The notes under the pieces are model-generated. The model did no database searches. It was not told the DNA's origin and saw only the letters and a list, made by a program, of their open reading frames with translations. This document shows positions 53,224-64,000 of a stretch of DNA of 64,000 bases, piece by piece. Each line of letters starts with the position of its first letter. Position 1 is the stretch's first letter. Both the position numbers and the translations under genes were made by a program. Source of the stretch: Lobosporangium transversale. Lineage: Eukaryota. The stretch is taken from contig NW_019028996.1 of assembly GCF_002105155.1 (NCBI RefSeq), forward strand, positions 496,001-560,000, in the 5' to 3' direction.

Positions 53224-56200
53224 CCGGCAAGTGTTCTTTCAAAAAGAAAAAAAAAAAAAAAAAAAAAAAAAAAAGCAGGATGTTTGTGATAAAGTAAAAG
53301 GGTCACTTAAACCAGGTCTCCAGTAAAGGGCTGATGCTGAGGCGAAACAAATAGCGCACGCGTAGACAAGATTCCACAGGAGCTGGAGTATAAAGGAAAA
53401 GAAAAAAATGATAATGATAGGGCGATCGCTGAACAAGTGATAAAGAAGAGAGCCGTAAAGTGATCCTAGGATGAGAATGCTAGTTTACAAAATGTAGTAA
53501 AAGTTCAAGTCTTTGAGCAGGTGGGATAAATGAATGATCATATCTTCTTTTTTCAGAGTTTTTGTCTTGTATGGATTCACGCGTCCTTTTTAGAAAATAT
53601 AAAAGAAAACAATAATAAAATGATTTGATGTCAAGAGAATGAAGAAGAGAAATGATCAACAAGATCTAATCGATTGATCCCATGAAAGAAAAAGAAAAAA
53701 AAAAAAAAAAAAAAGAGCTGGTTGCTCCAAGACAATTGTTTGTTGCAGGTTTTTTTTTTTTTTTTTTTTTTGCTTTATTTTTTTTTTTTCCCTTTCGACA
53801 TACAGCTGCTCACTGTGGAAATATTTCTTCCCGAAGGCTTATGGTTGCATGGAATAGAGAAAGAGAAAAAAAAGGGCATGTAAATAAGGTCTATACGAAA
53901 CGGATGGGATGGGAAAGGGGAAGTTGGGAAAAAAAAAAAAAAAAGGAAGGTTAAGTTGGATTAATGTGGGTTAAGGCACAAAACAGACAAAAAATAAAGG
54001 TCCGCTTGACAAGGAAGGTTGATTGACCATTGGAGTGGGCCCAATTAAGGATCAAGGTTAACAGTAATGCATGTATTCATACCGCTGTATACTGGCTCTA
54101 GCCTCCTGTCTTTTTTTTTTTTTTCCTGTTGTTGAATAATTGCAGGCACTCCGTCTGTTAGATTGGGCTATTACAGACTGCACTCCAGTTCGTTACCATT
54201 CCAAAGGGCTAACTGGGAGAACGAAGGGAAAGATGACAAGGAGTAAAAGGAGAGCCGACTTTTTTTTTTTTTTTTTTTTTTTCCAACCATTACATGCAGT
54301 CTCCCCATACTGCATTCAAAGTACATTGGTGGATACATGCGAATTGACATGGCGATTCTCGAACCGTGCGGATGTTGTTTGTCCTTAAAAGCCCAAAATG
54401 TCTGTTGTGGCGGGTTACTTCATTGTTATTCTCTGTTGATAGTCAAATGGAACGACAAGTTGATTCGGATGATTGATAATACGTACTCCACAGAGGCTTC
54501 TGGCCTATTGAATTTAAAGGCAATGTGTTGCTCACACCTTTGGAGGAGTCGCGTTATCTACACTTCCTTGATGCAAACGTATTATCCTACATTCCATTGG
54601 TTTTTGTTTTGATTTCAATCTGATGACCGAGTTCTAAAAATGCTGGATCCCACAACTGCCTGGACGCTTCTTTCTGCTCTGTTCTCCATGATGCTCACAA
54701 AGACAATGTATCCCTGGATCCTGTGTCGATGCCTCACCTGATCACGACTAGCTGAGGGTCTCTTTCTCTTTAAGGACAGGGCACGCATATTTAGTTTACT
54801 TGTCTCCTATTCCCTACCATGTACAATCAATGAATGACCGGGACACCGTGCGTAGCACAATTCCACGCAACTTGGAAATGTTTTTTTCTGTTCCTGAGGT
54901 TAGCATCAAATTTCGGAATAGATGTCCATTTGAGGTTCACCATTGATTTCTGATGCGCCTTCCCCTGTCCTGTCTTGTCCTGCATTGCAACATCATGGTA
55001 TATATCGTAAAAAAAGCAAGAGCGACCGTTCCATAGACTAAGAATAAGGCAATAGTGGAAGGCAATAATGACTGATTCCGCATTGTGTTCTTTATAGTTG
55101 AATTGTTTGTAATACACTTGACCATTTGGCCAAAGAAAGTATAAAGTACGGAAAAATATTGTACTTTAAGAAGGCCTGAGAACAAAGACGATGACGCCAC
55201 AAAAGGTAAATGCATTAAAACTATGAATGGTTATGTATGGCGCCGCTGGTTTTTGATGAATGGGGTTCCCGAACGATCAGGCAATTTGTGATGCAGGATG
55301 ATATGAGAAAGCATTGCAGAGAAAAGAAGGGATGGCATAAAGTAGAGGAAAGACAGGAGAGAAAGAAAAATGTGGGAATGGTCCATGCTTTTATATCATT
55401 TGCTCTATGCACTTTCCTCCCCAGTGTCGGTTCGTCATTGCCCATTATTTATTTATTTTTCTCGCCTTCAATTGATACGACGAAGAGAGCGCTGAGCCTG
55501 TAAAAATAGCGATAATGGAGGTGAGATGTTCTATTCAACGCAGACTATCACGATGGATGGGCTCGTCTGATGAATTAGGCCAGAGAGCCTTTTCAATGAA
55601 CAAGTTTTAAGAGAGAAGTCATCCGGAACATGCCGTCGATAAGTGCAACGAGAGACGGTCCGCATACCGGTTCCAGTTATAGTCCATATTATGAATGAAG
55701 GCATTGGATTAGAAGCTGAGGTCACCACCCCGTATTATACTAGCCAGTGACCGGAAGGGGCACGAACATTTCGAGCCAAATATGGGTGACAAAGTAAACT
55801 ATCCATATTTATATCGTTATCGCTCCTTCAAGTTGAAAATAAAAAATTTACAAAGCACAAAGGCATGCATGGGCAGCAGATGCAGGGACCAACGGCTGGT
55901 GTGAACTGAGTGGTGCAAGCAGTAACATTCAAGCTGAAAAAGGTCTCAATGCCGTACGGATATATCTGCATCATGGACATAAAAAACACAATGTCAGCTT
56001 GACACCAAATGTTCAATAAAGTTAAATTCTCTTCTAGAACTACAAATATATTCGATAGAAAGCATGAAGTTACTTTTAATCAACTGGATAAGATGATACA
56101 TTCCTCCACTATTGTAAATGTATGACTATGCAGGTGGAATGGAATGTTTTTTAATGGCATGGTATTTGTATACAAACATAAACACGTAGCCTCCTAACCC

Positions 56201-56289
56201 TCCACTTTTCTCTTCTCGACAATAAAACCGAGAGATGAAACGAAAACCAAAAAGCAAGAAAGGACTGAGAAAAAGATGAGATGGGCGTC

Positions 56290-56324
<35 letters not shown>

Positions 56325-56530
56325 GAGCCAGAGCGTGGCTTACATGTACTCCTTGGGTTTGTGCTCCCAAAGTTCCAATGCATGGATACAACGGACTCGT
56401 ACAGCCAAAACTTATTTTTCATAATCTTGTTTCTTTCCTTTTCTTCTCTTACTCTTTGATCGATCTTCCTTCTTCCACTTCCTCTTTCTCTCCTCTTCCA
56501 ACTTTATTCATCTATTTGCTCGGCAGAATC

Positions 56531-58431
56531 ATGGCTGCACAAAGTATCCCTGTCCCCCCACCCAACTCTAATGGCAGAGCTCCTCGCTGGACCCAACCCG
56601 TGTCTTTCTACGGTCAAAGTGTCTTCAGCAAGTACTATGCTCATTCCCTTTGTGCTTTCTTACTCTTGATCCCATTCTTAGTCATGCCTGTCCAAGCCCA
56701 GGCTGGCCAAGGACCTATCAATCAGAACGAATGCGTTGCAAGTTATGATGCTAACATGGATTACTTTCCTGATAAGATTCAAGGCAAGTTTCTCATATCA
56801 GTCGATATCTGTATAAAAACGTTTTTTGTCCTATTTTTAACGCCACCATATTCTCCTTGTGTTACTCAGTTGATTTGGCTTCTCTGTTCGAAGTGTCGTA
56901 CTTCAAGAACTACAAGGTCCTCAAGAACTCCAGTTCCAACCAGACTTTTGTCCTTACTCAGTGCGGCACCCCTGCTCCCAGCGCTTCTCAATTTGGTAAC
57001 AATACGGTTTTCTTAAACGTTCCCGTCAAGAACGCGGCTTCACTCGCCACTACTGCTGTTGCTTACATTGAGATGCTCGGCAGGCGCTCGGTCTTGAAGG
57101 CCGTCGACACAGAGGGCCTGGTTAGCTCGCCATGCGTCCAAGGTGGTCTGGACCGTGGCGAGATTGTTGGTCTCGAGAACAAGAATCTGACTAAGCGCGC
57201 AGAGCAATTCAAGGCTGTGGACCTCGTCTTTAGCTCGTTCGGCCCTGCTGAGACTGGTCTCGAGAGCAAGACAGTGATCACCTCTGAGGTAGCAGACCCC
57301 GGTCCATTGAACGTAAGTAATAAGCAAATGTTTATGCTCTAGAAGCCGTTGGAGTCATGGCAGAATCAAAGTGTAGAGAGCCACGCTCACAATCAACTTG
57401 GACTGTCTCAAAGAGGAATTAGAGAGCATTCTGCTTTGATCTACACACACGCGGTCTAGACAAAGGAAGGTCATGAGACCAGGCGGGTTTTCGGGCACCT
57501 AAAGCATCCATAGGAGACCAATATTCTCAACGATCGCGTAGATTTCTATATGTATCGAGTGCATACAACAAACCTCCAAGTAAACCAGACTTTGGGGCGC
57601 TTCAAATAATATTAGTTGCATTCTAATGATCCATTTCCTTTTGCAATCTCATAGCGCGCTGAGTGGCTTGAGTTCTACTCAACCTTCTTTAACCTCGAGT
57701 CCCAAGCCAACAACTTGACTGCAACTATCAACAACAACTACGACTGCTTCAAACAGGCCGTCAAAGTCAAAGCCAACAAACCTATCATTGCCTGGACTCA
57801 GTATGAGGCTCCTGCTGAGTACAACAAAAATGTTGCGTCGTGGACGTTTTCTCCTGCTGCTTATAAGAGAATTATTTCGGAGGATGCTGGCGCCATCTTT
57901 TTTAATGGTACCATCACTAACAAATTTACCGACGCAGCTGCCTTTGCTGAGGCTCTCAAGGACGTAGATGTATTGATTGACGAGACTTTTATTGGGGATG
58001 ATATTGATGCATTCTACAAGAACTATGGGCTTAGTCCCAGCTCCCCTCACAAGTTCATCCAGAACAAGGCTATCTTCCGTGAAGATGGTATTGTTAATCC
58101 TAACAACGGTCGAGACTGGTTCTCGGGGGCTGTTGCCATGAATGATGCTGTCCTTCAGGATGTTGTCCGTGCTGCCCATCCTGACGCTCTGCCAGTTAAC
58201 GTCCCCTATAACTGGCTCCGTAACATTGCCAAGGGCGAGAGCAAGCAGTTGCTGACAAGTGGCGACTGTACTGCTACTGACTCCAACTCCCCCGTTCCCG
58301 ACCGAGCTATTGTTTGCACCGCCATGAAGGTTACTAACGATGACGGCAAAGGGGGTAATGCTGGCTCCAAGACTGCTACGGGGGCCTTTACCGCTTTCCT
58401 CAGTCTCTTAGCTGTTGTTCTGTCTCTCTAA
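56531..58431 (+). CDS. Secreted/GPI-anchored periplasmic-binding-protein fold (BtuF/FeCT-like; CBA1-like candidate cobalamin acquisition protein), 3 exons
   Basis: Signal-like LCAFLLLIPFLVMPVQA; DYFPDK, F.V.Y...YKV, LTQCGTP, E..PL.RAEWLEF...FFNLE, DWF.GA....D.VL.D, WLRNIA; hydrophobic tail; introns 56784-56869 and 57313-57654. Confidence 0.82.
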
Positions 58432-59063
58432 GAGGTAGATGAGAAGTTTTCTGTTGGACTGCTATAGATTTTGCCTCTTTGTCGAATAAAAGCGGATTTT
58501 TGATATGAAATGATATTCACCTGTGTAACATCAACATGTCTCTTACCTCCATAAATGACAAACATAAATGTAGTTTTATATTTTATAATCCCCTGTATGA
58601 AGGGGTAGTGCTATCTCTTTCATTCATTCTCATTCTCTTTCTGCTCCACCCTAATAGACTGACCATTATACTCTTCTAGTCATCTTATCCATGACCTCGC
58701 CTCTTGCAAGAAGTACTAGCTCCATCTCGAGCACTGACATGGAGGCGTACGTGTGACATGAATGGTGGTCCATGCTCAGCCCTGATTCGAAGTTCATCAA
58801 CCCCTTCTCCTTTCAAGTTTCCTTGTCTTACCCCCTACCCTCTTCTCATTTATTTTATTATTATTAATACTATTTTTTATTTTTATTTTTTTCTTTGAGA
58901 TACTTTTGTATTGCATTGACAGCTGACCATGACTATGGGCATTTTTTTTATTCCTCTATCTTTTTAATTGCTGCACGCTTAAATGATCCAAATTAGACTA
59001 TTTGCAAAGATACACAAAGATCAGGCTTCACAGCTAGAGTTGCTCAAACATACAAAGCGTGCT

Positions 59064-59488
59064 ATGGATAGGACAATAGCCTCCAAGGACAGTTCAGATA
59101 TTGGTGGACCATCAACAGCTAGCCTGGTAAGGAAAGTCATAGCCTATGGTTTGTCTCTTAATTTATCGTATATGACTGTTACAGGATGTTTTGAGCCAGG
59201 CGAAGCCCTGGCCTCTTTGCATCCCTGGTGGCAAAACAGAGCAATAGCAGACGAATGATATCGATGATCATTATTTTTTCCTTTTTCCTTTTTTTTTTTT
59301 TTTTTTTTTTTGTTATTATTCCAGTCGTTCGAGATCTTGGGTGAGCTACTTGAGGAGATTGTCCTGGACGTTGTTTCAGAGGCTCACCGCGATGTCAAGA
59401 ATATGCGATCTATTTGTTCTGTTTGTAAAACGAAGTACGTGGCAATGACTTTCCCTTTGGTTTGAGAGCTTCAGACGAGTTATTTATT

Positions 59489-59519
<31 letters not shown>

Positions 59520-59939
59520 CTCATCAATCATGGTTCTTTGGCGTCTCAAATTTCATTCAAATATAACAAATAGGTGTCGAAGCTACGGTAACAAAATACT
59601 CTGAAGCAAATATCAAACTCGTTTATTAATCTTGATATGGGGAGTATACAGTAGTTAATCAGTTTGCTTTCACCCTATAACATCCGCGATACCTTTACAA
59701 CTGTTGATCTCAATAGTGATCCGAGCCGGCCTGGATATTTTTGGACAGAACCCTCAAGCGAATAATTCACAGACATACGATTGTGTTCATTGTCAACGCT
59801 CATTCCCTGCACAACGATATGCTCCGCATCTAGAAAAATGTCTGGGATTGTCTGGTCGATCCTCCAGTCGTGCTGCTAGTCGAAGGTAAAAAAATGTTAT
59901 GCTCAACCGTGAACTTATAGTTCAATGTATTGAGTTGTG

Positions 59940-59976
<37 letters not shown>

Positions 59977-61615
59977 AAGGATTCTTTGTATTACGACTGA
60001 CTAGATATTACATTTGTATAGGATGGGGGCGGGCGAGAGAGCTGGATCGGGATCACCTTTCACTCCAGTGAGTTACTCTGATGAACGTGATGCTAGTGAC
60101 TCTGACAAAGACCTCATTGAAAAAAAACGTAAGGATCGACTATATACTTTCTGTTCTTTACCATCATTTTCCACCCCTAATACATTCTCTTAATGGTTTA
60201 ATTTTTTATTGCTTAAATATATGAATAATCAGGGAAAAAGAATGCTTCAAGTACTAATGGCTCGCAAACTAATGGAGGCAGTGGAAGTTCGTTAAATGGA
60301 AGCGATTATGGTGCCTCCAATCTTATAAAGGTGAGTCCATATTATGAGGTTGTAGAGTGTTGGGTTGTTAGTTTGGTTAAGAGTCCTTAGCTACTTTGGC
60401 AATTTATTTTGACCTCAAGGCGCTTCATAATCCTATATGTAGTCTTCATCCTCGAATGCTTCAAAAGCCAAGAAGCAAAAAAGCGATTCGTCAGATTACC
60501 CGTTAAAAACGCAAAAGGTAACATCTTTCATTTTTCCCCCTCTTTTTCATTTTTCCTTTTTTTTTATGTCAAACAGTGAGTATGATCTGGTACAAATTTG
60601 AGCGGTGCACGTCGATAAGCGCTAAAACTACATCAACCTATTTTGAATGGTGATTAAAAAGTCATCATTGCTAGCAAAAGGTAGGTTGATTTGGAGAAAC
60701 GCCATGCGTAGTCGTCGCTTTTTTTTTTTTTTTTTTTTTTTTAGTACCAAGCGTATCCTAATTTTTTCTTTTTCCTTTTTTTTTTTTTTTTTTTTTTTTT
60801 TTCTTTTTATGAAATATTTATGATAGCTTCCAAAGGGAGTAGCTCTTCAAAACTGAAAGGGCTTGGTCTTCACACACCATCCTCAGTCTCAGTTACCCCT
60901 GTTGGTGAGATTTCGCTTGGATACCTGGATGACGATCTACTTCTTGCCAATGGCAAGAGTCTTCAGAACGGTGCAGGCAGCAATAGTAACGTCAATAACA
61001 TCCTGAGTAATGGAGGGAATAACAGTATCAACAGTAATGGCAGCGCATCTCAAAAGTTGTCTAGTTCCAATTCAAAGCGAGGATCAGGAGGCATCAGCTC
61101 ATCCAAGCGCCCTCCAGGATCTGGGTCTGGTTCAGGTTCAAGCAAAAATGGGCAAGTTGCTTTATCATCATCGTCATCCTTTTTTGAGCGCTTGAAGGCT
61201 ATTGGTAGTCGTGATGGCGCGAGCGACAGCAGTGGTAGTGATGATGATAGTCATGACGGAGACTATCGTAAAGAAAGCGGAGCGAGAGAGAAAAAGGAAA
61301 AAGAGAAATCCGGGAACCGTGGCAAAGGCAGTAGTTATGCTGGTAGCGCTGGTACATCATCTCAACCCCTTCCTCCGGTTGTTATTAGACTCAAGAAAGC
61401 GTCTGCATTTACAGGTCATGGTTCGGATTCTGTCGACACAGATTTTATTGGTGAGTAGCTGGACTGTATTACAGCGTCGGAATGCGCACGAGTTGATGGT
61501 TGACTAAAAGGAAAAAACTAACGCTTCGGTCTCTCTCTCCTTAATAGACATTGATGGAGATGGAGACGAAGATAGCATGGATATTATGCCAGCACCCAAG
61601 AAAAAAAAGCCCTAG
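59064..61615 (+). CDS. SGF11: SAGA deubiquitination-module subunit Sgf11/ATXN7L3-like (many small exons; alternative in-frame ATG at 58983)
   Basis: ELLEEIVLDVVSEAHR helix; DIFGQ; Zn finger CVHCQRSFPAQRYAPHLEKCLGL.GRSSSRAASRR. Confidence 0.88.
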
Positions 61616-61677
61616 ATCTCATTGCGATGGAGCTGCCGAACCGAAATATTAGGTCAACGACCCATTTCCAACTCTCC

Positions 61678-61738
<61 letters not shown>

Positions 61739-61800
61739 CCTACACCCACCCTTTGCCCAATGGTATGCATAGACTTTACTGATACCACATGCTGTACACT

Positions 61801-61833
<33 letters not shown>

Positions 61834-61924
61834 TACTGACCATGTCTGTTTTTACAGTTATCATCTGTGTTAATCAACCTGACATTAATAAACGACATGG
61901 AAGAAGTTTTTATTTGTTGCTTTA

Positions 61925-64000
61925 TCATGATTGGTCTCCACTGATGTTAGATTTAATACGTTTAGAAGCCCTGGCTTTATTGCGAGAGGCAGACTTATGC
62001 TTACGCTTGAACTCTTGAGTCATAGCATGTCGCGTCTTTTCCCAATGGGCATTTATTTCCTCCCTATTTAGTCATGTGGGATTGATTGATCAATTGTCAG
62101 TACAAAGGATAAATCCCTTACCCATTCATGTTCAGAGAGCAGAGATGACAAAAAAAAAAAAAAAATGAGCGTGGACTTACAATGAACTAGTTCTCATAAA
62201 GACTTTGTTCGTCTTGAAGTTGGATCTTTTTAGCAGTTCCGGATCCTTAAAATGAAAAAAAAATAGGGATCCTGCATGTGAGAGGGGTGTTCTGCCGCTG
62301 CTGTTGAGGGCATCAGCACCTGAGGCAAAGATTGTTCTTGAGCCATCTGTGTAGGCTGTCAATATCTCGTCCTGATCTCGGGATCTATCCTCTTCTAAGG
62401 AGCCATCCATGCGATCGTCTTCGACATTTTCAACTTGGGCATGGCTCTCCTCATCCTCCTCATGGTCATTGCCAAACAAAGTAAAAGTCCCTGATGTCGG
62501 GGTGAAGAGTGACCTGAGATCAGTGGCAACCTGGAATTGAGTTTTGATCTCACTATCCTTCTTATTATTAGTAGGTGGTGGAGAGGCAGAGGTTTCTGAT
62601 CTGTTATCAACCTCATTGTCATGGTTCAAAGTGTCATTATCAAACGCAAATGAGAACCCGACAGCTTTCTTGGGCTGCTTAGCATCCTGCACCTCCACAG
62701 TGCCGCTATTCATGCTATTACCACTTTCAATTTCCTTCTGTTTCTGTCCATGATGTGAGTCATTAGTATCCAGTATATAATTTTGAGGCTCTCCTTGCTC
62801 CTCTTCTGACTCAGAATCAAATACGCTCCTTGAGAAGTCATGCACAGAGTCTGTTGATGTCTTTGGTGGCGAGGGTAATGTTGAAAGAGGTGGTGAAGGA
62901 TCGGCATCCGGGTCGTATCGAACTGTTAAGCCTGTAGTATACCCAAGACCACCTTTAGCCTGTCTTGCAAAGTCTTCCTCTTTCTTTTTGTTCCGTACAG
63001 CAGCGTCGCCGAACATGGCGCGGAGTACATTCATAGCTTGTATCTTTTCTGCAGACACATTTGATTCATGCTGGCGATCCTCGTCCAAAATAATGCCTTC
63101 AATATCCGCGCCAATTCCGCCAGTATTGAGGCGATCCTGATGAGCGATAAAATCGACATCATCTTCGCCACGAATGTGATCATCTAAGAAGTCCTTAGTG
63201 AGCTGGAAACGCGAGTCAGACGTTCCAATTCTAGTTTGCATTTCGAATAAGGCTCTGCCACTGGGGCCTTCAAATTGTTCCTTGATATTGAGGGCTATTA
63301 ATTTGAGAATAAAAAAAAAAAACTTAGCTCAATATAGCACTCAATGTTCTGTTGAAGTTAGTACCCCACTCGATATAGATTGAACAATCAAAGAGAGCAC
63401 GAACATATTGTTGGATTTATTACATGGTTCTCTAAGGTTGTTTGATCCAGAATCGTCGTCCTCGTCATCAGAAGCAAACATTTCCTTGGTAGTACTCTTC
63501 AACGCCTTCTTTTTGTCAGTGAGAATTTGACCCCTATCCTCATCCTCAGAACCCGAGTCCGAGTTAAATATACTTTTGAGGGGTTTGCCCATGTTGGACA
63601 TCTTTTTTGCATGGTCTGCTTCCATCTTTTCGTAATCTTCGCTTTCATAGCTATCGTCACCAGAGTCCGAAAACACGACATGGCCCACTTTCTTTTCTCT
63701 AGAGTCGATGTTGGATAGTGTGGATGTAATTAATTGCTGCCGTCTCTCTCGTACTGCCTCTAATTCAGCCTCTCGAGCCTCTAAAGCCTTCAGACGAGCG
63801 TTATTTGATTCTTCAGCTAATTTAGTGGCGATCGCTGGACTGCCCTTACTAAGTCGATCGTGTTCATTGTCGTCGTCAGAGTCAAAGAGACCTCCGATGC
63901 CGGTTGAAGATGAGGATTGGAGTTGAGCAATCGTTTTAATCGTGTCTTCATCTAAAACTCCATCCTCTTCCTCTTCTCCGCTTTCCATTTCTTCATCTTG
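61925..64000 (-). CDS. Nucleolar protein 8-like, 3' part (gene continues beyond the window)
   Basis: Acidic low-complexity exons ending LFFFH...FMRT..|EEINAHWEKTRHAMTQEFKRKHKSA, similar to the NOL8 C-terminus. Confidence 0.7.

Noticed and set aside
53300..56500. Genes in the 3-kb divergent intergenic region
   Set aside because: Only short ORFs with no recognisable motif or consistent exon chain

Overview
Gene-dense, intron-rich window of a fungal chromosome. GT/GC-AG introns, the gene content and many 20-32 nt poly(A)/poly(T) tracts suggest an early-diverging fungus, probably Mortierellaceae (inference). Recognisable genes are COX12, RPC1, MUS81, an intron-containing tRNA-Ile(UAU), a FAM72-domain gene, LRG1-type LIM-RhoGAP, PDX1, an RCC2-like RCC1+PHD gene, SQT1, BRF1, a GPI-anchored periplasmic-binding-fold protein (CBA1/BtuF-like), SGF11 and a partial NOL8-like gene. 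There are two accessory zones. The first (about 1.7-9.6 kb) holds a PD-(D/E)xK-like nuclease gene, a 254-bp partial copy of it, a 3x ~167-bp tandem repeat and a Cys-rich GPI protein. The second (21.1-24.25 kb) lies just upstream of the tRNA and is a nest of at least four poly(A)-type non-LTR retroelement insertions. Two of these are tiny, have perfect 19- and 21-bp TSDs and sit at AG^TA sites inside a related element. The copies share 3' hairpins, and the nest includes a highly structured module with HDV-ribozyme-like features. All exon boundaries were read by eye and no database searches were run.
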